Assembly (NCBI GenBank): GCA_951406725.2
Contig: OX597815.1
Span: 78,988,001-79,052,000 of the forward strand
Direction of reading: 5' to 3'
Length of the DNA stretch: 64,000 nt
DNA from: Octopus vulgaris
Taxonomy: Eukaryota
Under the pieces are notes generated by a model. The model saw only the letters and a program-made list of their open reading frames with translations. It was not told the origin of the DNA and made no database searches. Within the stretch, counting starts at the first letter, position 1, and every line of letters begins with the position of its first letter. This document shows, in pieces, positions 45,203 through 57,934 of the stretch. The position numbers and the translations under genes are program-made.

Positions 45203-45749
45203 ATTCTTAACCTATTAAACTTATCTACAAAATCATCACAAGTGATTCACATGAAATTGAACGAGTGGTTAACTGATTAATCTGGGAAAAACTGAAGTGA
45301 ATCCAGTAAATCAACTGTTTCGAACTCTTACTGTTTCTTCAGTCATCAAACTAAGAAAACAATACAAATTAACCTAGAGAAAATTTTAAATGTTGGGGAT
45401 AAAGTTGGTTTGCAGCTGATGATATGACTTCCTAGTATGCAGATGAGTTTGTATTTCTGTAATGATTGCATTATGGGAGACACATGTTAGCCGTTCAGAA
45501 ACACTTAAACATTTATTGTTGGTAATATGGTTTAGAATTTTCATCAATTGAAACTGTGACCTGGTCACTGACAATGTTGTTGCACTGCATCTAAATCATG
45601 GGCTTATATAGTGACATAAACATAGTTTTGTAAGATTCTGGGATGTTTCCATTGTTTTCTTTGAGGTGGGGGATAGTTTGTTTTACTTTTTGGAGAGATC
45701 AGTCATTCTAGTTGGGTGTTCATAGCTGGTCAGTTATTGATTTTTGGAA

Positions 45750-46020
45750 AACTTAATTTATATTAACATGCTCAGGATGCAGAGAAACCTACATAGGACA
45801 ACCTGGAATGTCTTTAAGACAATGCATGACTGCACAGATCTCAAATTCAAATAGCAGAATGCAGACAGTTAGGTTTCAGTGAACATATAGACACAATTGC
45901 TAGTCAGAAACAACCAAATCTTATGATCTTTTCTTTATATCAATTTGCCAGTGTTACATGGTAACAACAAGACATCAATAAAGAAACAGCATTCATAATC
46001 AAACACCACATCTTAACTAC
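45750..46020 (+). pseudogene. Penelope-like GIY-YIG endonuclease remnant
   Basis: NLIY-(frameshift)-LTCSGCRETYIGQPGMSLRQCMT ... KE..FI...LN. Confidence 0.65.
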
Positions 46021-46134
46021 TATGGAAGAGAAAATATTACTACTACTACTGCTATCACTACAGCTACTACCACTATGGCCATTCTTGCTACTGAAGGAGA
46101 GGAATAAATCACTCCCACTACAGTTACAATTTCC

Positions 46135-46152
46135 ACCATCACCACCACCACC

Positions 46153-46230
<78 letters not shown>
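46135..46230. repeat. (CCA)n(CTA)n trinucleotide microsatellite
   Basis: Directly visible. Confidence 0.97.
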
Positions 46231-46231
<1 letters not shown>

Positions 46232-46744
46232 CTTCTTCTTAAGCTGCACTACTAGTGAGATGGATGCAGCCACTACTGGCGTGACCACTACCATTGCTGC
46301 AACTGCTACAGCCAAAACACCATATGACCGCTTGGACAACTACAAACCACTGCTTAACAGTAACAATAAAAACACATATCAACAATGACATATAACCAAT
46401 CAATGAACGGTCACAAACTGTTAATAAACACATAAACCAATACACATTCATTGTACATTTTCTAAGCACTTTATACTTTGATGAAAACATACATAGATCC
46501 ATGGCTTGAACACACACATAAATGAAAAGACACATACACATTCAAAGAAATACACTATAGATACCTACAATGCACAAATATTCAGATAATCACAACTTTC
46601 TATTTCCTCCTGAACTTTTGATTACATTAATACCTTCTCTTCTCCCTGCTATCATTCCCTTTCTCCCCCTCTTATCTTTTGTTTATCTTAAGTTTTTAAC
46701 ATTGTTCTTGTACTTACAATGTAAGCAACAGTAATTCTAGTCTT

Positions 46745-47345
46745 GGATCTTTTCACTTTGACCGGCAGATTTTTTAAATAATTTCTTTGTAACTAAACAC
46801 TTTTAAACTTCGTATACGGGTAGAATGTGTTTATAAAACATCCTTTTCGCTTGGCTTTCTTGAAAAAATTCTGTAGTTTGTAAGCTATTTGTTCTTTAAT
46901 TTCTTGCATTTCAGCAATTTCAACCAATCAATGATGTCTATTGAGGTGAATTCAATTTCTGCCGTAGTGTGTCAACAACAATTATTTGTGGTGTCATATG
47001 AAAATGTCACTGTTATTTATGACATATTTCATATCAGTTACATTCGTATGAATAAAAGATTATCGTTATTAAACTTTTATTAATAAACACATATTCTAAG
47101 TTCACAACATAAGCAGTTTTGATTTCCCTCTCTGTTGCACAGATACACACTTTACATATTATATATTCGTTTAAGAAATAGATTGGGTTTATTTACATTT
47201 CTGAAGAGAAAAGATACCCTTCCCCCCACCCCTAACCCAACCCTAATCCTAACTCTAACACAGATTGAAATGCAGTAGATCGATACTAGGGTCATAATTA
47301 CAAAGAAATTATTTCAAAAATCTGCCGGTCAAAGTGAAAAGATCC
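46745..47345. mobile_element. 601-bp MITE with ~30-bp perfect TIRs and internal CCCTAA-like repeats
   Basis: ggatcttttcactttgaccggcagattttt / aaaaatctgccggtcaaagtgaaaagatcc; flanks agtctt and cgtctt. Confidence 0.9.
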
Positions 47346-47421
47346 CGTCTTGATGCAATTGAGGGATTAGGAATAGCAAATTACTGTGAAAAGTTGTGTG
47401 TGCACACAAGTATTTCTTTAA

Positions 47422-47642
47422 CCCTTTAGGATTTAACTTGGCCATATCCAGCCCAAATATTCTATCAGCTTTATCTTCGTATCAGCCAAATTTGGCCTCT
47501 CACACCTATTCTATAGAGTCATTTTAAAAATAAACAATTACATCATCAAAATTTCAAAGCTATGAGACAAGTACATGATCAATTCAAAACAATGCAAATA
47601 AATAAGCATTACATTTGACAGAGTAATCTGAATATTAAGTGG
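47422..47642. mobile_element. piggyBac-like MITE flanked by TTAA
   Basis: ttaa|ccctttag ... attaagtgg|ttaa; TIRs degenerate. Confidence 0.55.
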
Positions 47643-48468
47643 TTAATACAGAGCAGATATAGTTAGATATAGTGGAGAGAAACATATTTAACTATCAGAG
47701 ACAAAGTGACCACCATGTGGTCATTCAACATGCTAAAAATAGCAACCAAAGCTTCTTTAAATTAAACCTGTATATCAAGGAAAAACAAGTTGAATAATGT
47801 AGTTTTGGAAACATCTCTAAGAAGATAGGGCAAGCACAGTTGGGCAGTCTTTGAACATAGTTCTACTCAATTAATATAGAGCTGGAACAACAATATCCAC
47901 AGCCAATTCCTATTTATAATTGAGCAATATCAATCATGAACACTTAATTATGGTCACTGTGAGGTCCTTTGTACATATCTAGAATAATTCTTTGGTCTGT
48001 GAAGGTCGTGGCCTCTGCCTCTCCTTTCACAACTAAAAGATAGCTTCCACATGATCACTCAAGTTACAAAAAGTAATAAGCAAATTTAATTTCCCTAAAA
48101 TCACACTCTACTGTTGTAAAAAAAAATGAGATGACCATGACTGGAAGGTCTTTGGTCATCGGTCTACTCAGTCAAAAATGACCTGGGACAAAACAGCAAC
48201 AACTAAGAAAAACTAAAGAAAAAATGTTGACTTCTCACATCACACAGAGACACACTTCTCTCAAACTTGAAGAGACAAGGGAACACCAATCCATTGCCTA
48301 GTTTAACCACCATCTGATCTTTAGATACATTAAACCAAGTCCACTATCTTGTATGTATTTGAACCAGATATCTGGTCTAAGGATAGCAACATGGTTTCTT
48401 TTTCCTATTCCCCAGCCAAACTCAGACACCTGAAAAGATCATAGGTACTACCTTTCTCCACTATAAAC

Positions 48469-49340
48469 CATCATCATCATCGTTTAGCATCCGCTTTCCA
48501 TGCTAGCATGGGTTGGACGGGTCAACTGGGGTCTGTGAAGCTGGAAGGCTTCGTCAGGCCCAGTCAGATCTGGCAGTGTTTCTACGGCTGGATGCCCTTC
48601 CTAACGCCAACCACTCCGCGAGTGTAGTGGGTGTTTTTTACGTGCCACCTGCACAGGTGCCAGACAGAGCTGGCGAGCGGCCACGAACGGATGGTGCTTT
48701 TACGTGTCACCGGCACGGGGCCAGGCGATGCTGGCAACGGACACGAACGGATGGTGCTTTTACGTGCCACCGACACGGGGCCAGACAGAGCTGGCAACCG
48801 GCCACGAACGGACGGTGCTTTTACGTGTCACCGGCACGGGGGCCAGCCGAGGCTGGCAATGGACGCGAACGGATGGTGCTTTTACGTGCCACCGACACGG
48901 TTGCCAGACAGAGCTGGCAAACTGCCACGAGCGGACGGTGCTTTTACGTGTCACCGGCACGGGGGCCAGCCGAGGCTGGCAACGGACGGATGGTGCTTTT
49001 ACGTGCCACCGACACGGGGCCAGACAGAGCTGGCAAACAGCCACGAACGGATGGTGCTTTTACGTGCCACCGACACGGGGCCAGACAGAGCTGGCAAACG
49101 GCCACGAACGGACGGTGCTTTTACGTGTCACCGGCACGGGGCCAGGCGAGGCTGGCAACGAACACAAACGGATGGTGCTTTTACGTGCCACCGACACGGG
49201 GCCAGGCAGAGCTGGCAAACGGCCATGAGCGAATGGTGCTTTTACGTATCACCGGCACGGGTGCCAGACGAGGCTGACAGCGGACACGAACGGATGGGTC
49301 ACTTAACCCCTGCTTTCTGATATATGATTTGATTTTGATT
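48469..49340 (-). mobile_element. SINE/RTE-tail repeat with an expanded internal ~60-bp minisatellite
   Basis: (CAT)n at the left end; ~11 units containing ggtgcttttacgtg between ~48625 and 49296. Confidence 0.9.
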
Positions 49341-49965
49341 GCATGAAATAAATAAATAAGTAAATAAATAAAACTCACACCTTATCTTATGTGTCATATA
49401 AAAAATTGAGATCATTAATGAAAAATATATAGAAAAGTGTTTTAACATTTAAAAAAATATTTCTATTAATAGATACTGCTTTTGTTTCAATAAATTTTGA
49501 AAATAATGAAGAATTTAGTGAAATAACTTTATCATTATCAAGCTTGCCTTTGGAAAATAAATTAACATGAGATTTTGATGGAAGGTATTAATTTAGATCA
49601 TTTTAAAACAATGCCAGCCTCAGACAGTTTGGTATCAAAAGAGTTGAGTATGAGTGGATAAAGCAATGAGATGCCAAACTGAATGATGTGGGAGATATAC
49701 TAGAAAATAGGTTACAATTAAGCATTTGTAAGATTGAATGAGATCTGTTGTCACAAGATAATTGCCTTCATTGGAAGATGCATGACCAATGATAATGTGT
49801 AAGATAAGGAGTTGTGACCAACATATACTGTAGAAAATAAGAACTATGACAATAAGATAACTGGAAGAATAATCTCAGTCTTCATTGTGCCTATTGACAA
49901 GAAACAATAAAAGTAAGAGGGATTAGACTTCTGTAGATTGGCAATGATTATGTAATGGGTGATAG

Positions 49966-50026
49966 ATGCTACCGGCATTAAATGGTTTTATAATGTCATT
50001 ATAAAGCCATTTAATGTAGGTAGCAT
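49966..50026. other. 61-bp near-perfect palindrome
   Basis: atgctaccggcattaaatggttttataatg-t-cattataaagccatttaatgtaggtagcat. Confidence 0.9.
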
Positions 50027-50849
50027 ATGGTCTGAGCAAAATAAGCATACATTAACAATGGCTAATGGTCCTTAAGAGACTGCTTACATCAAATATGACA
50101 AGCTCTTCAGATCAGCAACATAAAATATTCTGCAAACACTGCTGGACAATGGGGAATGCTTAGAATAGTAACCAGAATGGAGACATACTTCAACCAGGGT
50201 TTACTGTTGTCCTACACATAGGCTGGACAAAGCCACTCTTAGCCCTTTTGATACCAATCCACTTCAGACTGACTTTGGTTCTAAAACACAAACTTTCCAT
50301 TTTTTAGTAATCTAAATTTAAACTTTCCATCAAAATTTCCCATTAACTTATATCCCCGAAATCAGTTTGAATATGAAAAAGATTTTTACTAAAATTTTCC
50401 AAATTAATCTACTTTACAAATGATTATTTGCATATTGCTGTACATGTTGCAAACAACAATTTTATAATCTATTTTAATTACTTTTGAAAATTATAAAGAA
50501 TTCAATAAGTAATGTATTTTGACCAAACAAATGTAAAAAGAAGGCAACAGAAAACACAGATTAATAAGGCAGAACATTAAGTGATTAGGTGCAGAACTAT
50601 CAGCTCATTCCTTTTTCCTCCAGCATGTATGTGACCATATTATCCTGTCTATGTTCTTTTGTCCCTTACCTCCATACTCATCTTTCTTTCTTACATCTGA
50701 CTTCACCTACTTGACCATCAACATTTTCACTAACTTGCAGGCATGGCTGTGTGGTACCTTGGGCAAGTGACTTCTACTATAGCCCCAGGCCAACCAAAGT
50801 CTTGTTAGTAGATATGGTAGACTGAAACTGAAAGAAGCCTCTTATATGA

Positions 50850-51393
50850 ATATACATAAATGTGTAATGGTGTCTGTCTGTGTGTGTGTTTGCGGTTACT
50901 CTAATTCCTCCCACACTGTCCAACTGATTTTAATGATTTTGGGCACATAGGTAGATCACATGCCCTGAAGTTCAAATAAGGCTGGAATTTTTCGAAAACT
51001 CGATAATGCTCAGTTGGCATCAATTTTTGTGGGCTCAATTGGGCATTTGAATGTAAATTCCCATAACGATGTTATTCTTCCTGCAGTTTTTGCCTTTTTG
51101 TCTGATTTTGATGAAAATTGATGAGTGAGTGAAGCTCATGGCAGTGAGTTGATGTCAGTATATGGCTGCACCATTGAACACGTCGGCGGCAGCTTCAAAA
51201 ATTCTGCTCAGTCAACAAAACTATGTCACCTGCTCTGACTATTTTTCCTCCACCAGCAAACAATTTGTCGAACCAGACATAACATCTTAATGGGTAATAG
51301 TTGGCACAGGGAACGTAGAAGATTTCAATACAAGGTCAGAGGTGGGCTTAACTTCAACATAGAAAACACAAGCAATGCCAGGTCCAACAGCCA

Positions 51394-51394
<1 letters not shown>
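50850..51394 (+). mobile_element. Degenerate non-autonomous Helitron-like element
   Basis: 5' atatacataaa...gtctgtctgtgtg; 3' decayed hairpin caagcaatgccagg followed by CCAG|T, same architecture as 5284-6408. Confidence 0.55.
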
Positions 51395-51454
<60 letters not shown>

Positions 51455-51989
51455 CTCCTGTTTCTAAGTAACATAACATTTCCCAAAGATTGGAAATGAA
51501 CAATATCACTTGCATGATAGTGACATTCATTTACAACTATCAAGTGAAATCAAGGTAAGGTGACAATAAAGACATACAAGCATGCAACCACACACACACA
51601 CACAAACAGGCCTTTATTCAGTTCCTGTCTACCAAATCCACTCACACGGCTTTGATTGGCCCAGGGCTACAGCAGAAAACACTTGCCCAGGGTACCACAA
51701 TGTGTAACTGAACCCAAGACCATGTAGTTGGGAAGCAAACTTGTTGCCACACAGCCACTCTCTCTACACTTATCCCTCAGCATCACTTCACTTCATTTTC
51801 TCATCCACAGTTTTGCAGCCTAACAATGACAAGATCTACATTTTTACTCTCTCACTGAAGAAAGACAGAAGTCCAGAGCATTGCACATACCTCCTTCCTA
51901 CTAGAATAAAATATATTCTACTGTCATTTTTTGTTGACAAAAGACTTCACCAGTTTCTACTTTTTATTTTTACCACAGAACTAAATGAC

Positions 51990-52410
51990 AGGACACAGAC
52001 TTAAGTGGTCAAGTACAGAACTAAATTACTACTGTAGAGACCATGGAAAGAAGTAAGCAACAAGGTACAAACTTAAGTGGTTAGGTCAGAACTAAGAGGC
52101 TAGGTGCAGAACTATATAACTATGACTAGAACTATGTAGTTAGGTACAGAACCTAGTGACTAGGTACAGAACTAAGTGGCTAAGTAGAGAATTGAGCATT
52201 TAAATATAGAACTAAGTAGTTAGGTACAGAATAAAGGATTAGATAGAAAAGTATGTAGTTAAGTACAGAATTAGGAGATTAGACACAGAACCTAGTAGAG
52301 AAAGCTAAGTCTGACCAAACAAATGAAAAAAAGGAGACTGTGTATTGAGTGGATAGGTATATAATTAACTGATTAGGTAGAGACTTAATTGACTAGGTAT
52401 GGAACTAGGA
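51990..52410. repeat. Degenerate 20-bp minisatellite (agaactaagtggctaggtac-like)
   Basis: Recurrent ggtacagaact spaced ~20 bp apart. Confidence 0.85.
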
Positions 52411-55276
52411 AACAAAAGAAGTAAGACAAAGTAAGTTTGAAAATCCTTCAATAATTATCACAATACAACCACAGAAGCCCCACCCTTTATCCAGAATTTT
52501 TTTTAAAAAGAAAGAATTCTATAGAGAAAATGAAAAAAATTGCCTTATTTTTTCAAAATGTTTTATCAATTATATAAAAAAAAAAATACAACCATTACAA
52601 CATTAATGTTGATGAACATCTATTTTGTACCAAAACCAATTTGGAATAATATCAAGCTGCTGTTTCAATTTTGGCAATATATTCAACTAGCTTTCAGTTC
52701 ACAGACTATTAATGACATTTTTTCTTTCAAAGATCTAATGAGCACATAATCTCTCTAAAAGACACAATACTAACTCTGTAAGGTGGTGGGTGGGGGTAGT
52801 GATAATCAAATTAACTTGAATATATATCATGAGAAGTACTTTTATTTCAACAACCCCCAGAGGGATTTGAACAGAACAATAGGAAACAGTGAATTAGATG
52901 ATCCCATACAGTATATGGTCTGTTTTTTTACCATCATTGCCAACTCCATTATACTTTGATGAACACATATCATTGTCAGCCAAGAAAGACAAAAATATAT
53001 CAGAGCAAGAAATTATGATAATTTGGAGTAAAGCATTAAGAAAGGAAATTGCTAGCCATATCATGATGGAAATCAATTTATATAGCAGACAAAATACTTT
53101 CATCTGATATACAAAGTTTATTATGGAAATAAAACAGTATACATAATTGGAGAAAGAAAATACCACTTCTATTATCATTACTATTCACCCTGCACTGATT
53201 TTACCTTTTTCATCCTGTTAAGACCAATAAAATAACTACCAGTGATATACTATTGGTGCTAGTTAAATTGAATATGGCGTTCTCTTACAAATTTGTGGCC
53301 ATCTGTCATCATCATCATTTAACATCCACTATTCCATGCTTGCAGTTTCAACTGAATTTGTTGAGGCAGATTTTCTACAACCAGCCCTTCCTGCCACCAA
53401 CCCTCACATGTTTCATAGCAAAGTAATATTTTCCCATATCTAGACATGCTTTACATGTTTTTCACAGGTGTTTGGATACAAGCAGCTTTGCTTGTATGAA
53501 ATTGATGCTCATTTACAACCATTATGCGATGCCTGGGCAAGAGTACACCCTAACACACACACACATATATATAACACATATGTACATACATACACACACA
53601 CACACACACACATACACTAGGATTCTTTCAGTATCTGTCTACCAAATCAACTCACAAAGTTTTGGTTAGACCAAAGCTATAGTAGATGTGCCACAGAGTG
53701 GGACTGAACCCTAGACCACATATTTGGAAAGCAACCTCAACCACATAGTCACACATGCACCCTTTATGTTAATAAAGGAAGTGGAAACTAGGTTTCACCA
53801 GCTGCTTAACCCTGTTCTTAATTGCTTGCCAAAATAATAATAATAACAATAACAATCCTTTCTACTGGAAGCACAAGGCCTCGAATTTGGGGGAAGGCAG
53901 TTAAGTCAATTACATTGACCCCTGAGTGTAACTGGTACTTATTTAATCAACCCTGAAAGGATAAAACGCAAAGTCAATCTCAGCAGAATTTGAACTCAGA
54001 CAAACTACCTATTTCTTTACAACTCACAAGGGGCTAAACACAGAGGGGACAAACAAGGACAGACAAACGGATTAAGTCAATTACATCGACCCCAGTGTGT
54101 AACTGGTACTTATTTAATTGACCCTGAAAGGATGAAAAGCAAAGTCGACCTCGACAGAATTTGAACTTAGAATGTAGCAGTAGACGAAATACCGCTAAGC
54201 ATTTCGCTCGGCGTGTTAGCGTTTCTGCCAGCTCGCTGCCATAATAATAATAATAATAATAATCCTTTCTAATATAGGCAGAAGGCCTGAAATTTGGGGG
54301 CAGGGGGATAGTCGACTGCGGCAGAACTTGAAATCAGAATGTAGTGGCAGATGAAATACTGCAAAGCATTTTGCCTGGCGTGCTAACGATTCTACAATAA
54401 TAATAATAATAATAATAATAGTAGTAATGATTTATTATTGGTACACAAAGTCAGAAATTTGAATTTATCATATTCATCAAAGAAGGATGAAAGGTGAAGA
54501 TCAATACAAATGAAGTCAACTTTACATTTCATTTTGTCAGGATCAATAAAATAAGTTAGTTTCTAGAGTTGATTTGATCAACCAAAAACCTTCCACCAAA
54601 ATTTATGACTTCTTACTATAAAGCAAGAAATTATGAAATAGCACTAAGCAATGGGTTCGGTTAAATTAATCACATCTTAAAATCCATGGCTTTGTGCCTC
54701 TGTTAGCAATCATTTTTTTTTTAATCATTATAATCAAGGATAAATTCTGCAGCAGATGACTTTGCTTTCATCCATTTGGGGGTCAATAAAATAAGTACCA
54801 GCCAAGTACTGGGGATGATGTAATCAACTATTCCCTCCCACTAAAATTGCTGGCCTTGTGCCAAAATCTGAAATAATCATTATAATCAAAGTAAAGAGTA
54901 GCAAAAATAGGGGGTATAATTTAAATATAAATACCCTAAGGTATTGGTAAGATGGCTTTCTTAGTTACAGTTTTATAGTATTAACCAAATAATACACAAA
55001 TGATTTCCTGGATATACAACTAAACAAACTCAGAGGTATGACATTTAAAAGTTCTACCTATTTTCCAACTGGACAAGTGTTGGATTTAACCTTCACAGTG
55101 CTGATTAAAGTTTTGCTGGTGATGCAACATGTTAACCATATGTAAAATCAGTTCTCAGTCTTTATCTATTGTCCAGTACAAAATAAAATGTGTGTACTAC
55201 ATGCGAAATGTGGAGAATCCCCAAAAGTACCCTACAATTAAAAACGAGTTAACTTGGTTTCCATGTGCACCATATA

Positions 55277-56540
55277 CAGAGTCCACCAAAAAAATGTATA
55301 CACACTTCAGAAAAGGAAAAATCTGTATAGATATTTAACTTGTATGAGTACCCCTACAAATATAAATATCTCTTAGGAGGTTTTATCAAATTGCAATATC
55401 ATTGAATAAATTGTGAAATGTGTCTTGAATGGCACAACAATGCAGAGCGGACTATAATAACTGTTATAATTTAATTATCCATAGTCTGATATAATATTTC
55501 GGAATATAAAAATTCTTTCTTCAGATATTGCTAGGAATTGATCGAGTCACTGCTATAATCAGTTTTCCAATGGTTACTGAATTTTTTTTTTTCTTTGGAA
55601 GCATCTCTGCAGTGGTCTCACAAAGCTCCTTCCGGAATTCTTCATGAAAAGTGCGTGAGAGCGACCATGTCTCAAGCTTGTGTGTGTTGGCTATCCACAG
55701 CACTGCATCTAAGTTATGTATTATACGTGCAGCTTTTTTTTTTAATACATGAGCATGTTACCAGAAATGAATTTACATGCATCCAGATGTAGCTAAATAA
55801 TATATTGATTGCTAATTTCCAGCCTGTTAATTTGGGGCCCTAGTCTATCTATGAGGATAGCTTCCTTAATTCTTAGATTTCCCAAATTTCTGTCATTGGC
55901 CTCAATTGCAACTGTTAAGCTTTTGTCAGTGTTCTGGCATCCGTCTAGAGGTTTTCTCAAGGAGGAGGCTTGCATGTTTAGATGCTCTTTGATGCGAATG
56001 TGTAACAGTCTTGTTGTGCTACCCACATAGAACTTGTTGCATTTGTTACATTGTATTCTATACACAACAGTTATCCATTGGCATAAATCTGTGTCACGGA
56101 TAGGGCAGTTAGCTTGTGTGCATTGATTGCTGTCCCTTGCTCATTTCTTTGCTAGGTGTCTTCTCAGAGAGGGGCTGGAGTGGCCTAGTTGTATATCTAA
56201 TCCTTCTCTTCTTATGGCTCTTTGGATTGCTGTAGTTATCCTCTCGCTAAAATGGGGTATTTGGAGGAAGCATGTGTTGCTGGGTTTTCTGTGTGTTCGG
56301 TATGTTTGTCATATTGAGTACTTAAGCTGATTTACAATGGATATAGGGTATCCTTTAGTTTTCAATATCTCTAGGAAGCATGTGTTGTAGGTCACCTTGT
56401 CCTCTGTCCAGCTACACTTGCTCTGGATGCGTGTAAGTTCATTTCTGGTGTATCTGAATAAATTCCAAAAACACTGAATTAAAATATTCATACTGATTTT
56501 TCCTTTCCTGAAGTGTACATACATTTTTTGGCAGACTTTG
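55277..56540. mobile_element. Tc1/mariner-type element with ~50-bp TIRs and TA TSD, containing a Penelope fragment
   Basis: ta|cagagtccaccaaaaaaatgtatacacacttcagaaaaggaaaaatctgtat ... atactgatttttcctttcctgaagtgtacatacattttttggcagactttg|ta. Confidence 0.8.
55793..56455 (-). pseudogene. Penelope-like linker + GIY-YIG endonuclease fragment
   Basis: VYRIQCNKCNKFYVGSTTRLLHIRIKEH...LRIKEAILIDRLGPQIN; upstream FLEILKTKGYP. Confidence 0.88.
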
Positions 56541-56749
56541 TAAATGGAATTGAGTATACTTAGTTCTCACAGCAAATAAGCCAGTAATATATCACATTAC
56601 CCAGCGTGGTTCTTTAATAGAGAAATATCAAGTTACCCCAACAATTGAAAGTCCACACATTATGATAGGATAACAGAAATAAAATAAAGACACTAGGGTG
56701 GTAATGAGACAGTAATCACTTGACACTGCATGTATGGAAGTGTATTACA

Positions 56750-57030
56750 TAGGGATATGTGAGACACAGTGACCTGTTAACACAGAGATATGTAAGACAG
56801 TGACAATATTAGCACTGGCGTATGTGAGACAGTTGACCTATTAACACTAGAAGAATATGAGACATTTGATGTATTAATACTGAGATATGTGAGAGTTGGG
56901 CTATTAACACATATATGTGAGACAGTTGATCTATTAATATGTGAGACAATTTATCTATCAACACTGAAATATGTGAGACAGCCGACCTATTAATGCTGAG
57001 AGAATATGAGACACAGTGACCAGCTATCAA
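56750..57030. repeat. ~30-33-bp minisatellite (gatatgtgagacacagtgacctattaacact-like)
   Basis: About nine recurrences of tatgtgagac. Confidence 0.85.
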
Positions 57031-57934
57031 CAACAACACCACAAAAACCACAAACACTGCTAAACCATCAACAGGAAAACTACATAGAGTGACATACCAC
57101 AGACACAATGACTTATCTTTATCTCTTCAGCCATCTTGCTTCCTCCTACTCAACCTCTAAAAACTGAATGCAAGCATAAATTCCATGATCACAGAAATAG
57201 AAATGAAGAGTAATTATATTGATGAGTCAACAGTGGTTGGTATGATTTGGTGTCAACTTCTCAGTTTATGGTCTCATTGTAAATTACAATTAAAATTTCG
57301 CCATTTCTCCATCTAAAATAAATATTCCTATGTCTGTGTGAGAAACAGTATTACAAAGAACTGTATTAGTGTTGCCTGGAAGAGTAAGCAGTCATGGAAC
57401 ATCACCTGGCAACAATGACTACTGTAAAAAAATAGATAAGAGTAACCAAGAAGAGAGAAGTGGGCGGTCAACTAAGAAACCAGTCAGGTGAATCAAGGCT
57501 GAGAATTGAGGAAGCAAAGATAAATGGAACTGAGCAAAAACTAAAATTAAAATCTGTTCTACAACTTTCAACAGCAACATAACCATCATCATCATCATTT
57601 AACAGCCACTTTTTCATGCTTGCATGGATCAGACTGAATTCATTGTGGAAGATTTTTCTATGGCTGGATGCTCTTCTTTTTCCCCCAACCCTAATCTGCT
57701 TCCAAGCAAGGTAATATTTCCCCATGGCTAGACATGTTCTTCATGGAAGACTGGAAAGAAAATAACATCGCTTCTATGACTGATGATCATCTACAACCAT
57801 GACATCAAGAAAAGGGTGTGCACAGGCACACATACACACACAGTTGAGCAGTCCAACAAAGGCCAGCAAGCTGAAATTTTGATGACACTGGCAACCATTT
57901 TCTTGTAAAAGTATACTACACACACACACCTATA

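Noticed and set aside
46022-46255. Poly-Pro/poly-Leu ORF
   Set aside because: Translation of (CCA)n(CTA)n microsatellite.
48513-49320. Repetitive 174-254-aa ORFs and a CRISPR-like periodic array
   Set aside because: Tandem SINE-internal units without unique spacers, no cas genes, eukaryotic context. The same reasoning applies to 51990-52410 and 56750-57030.
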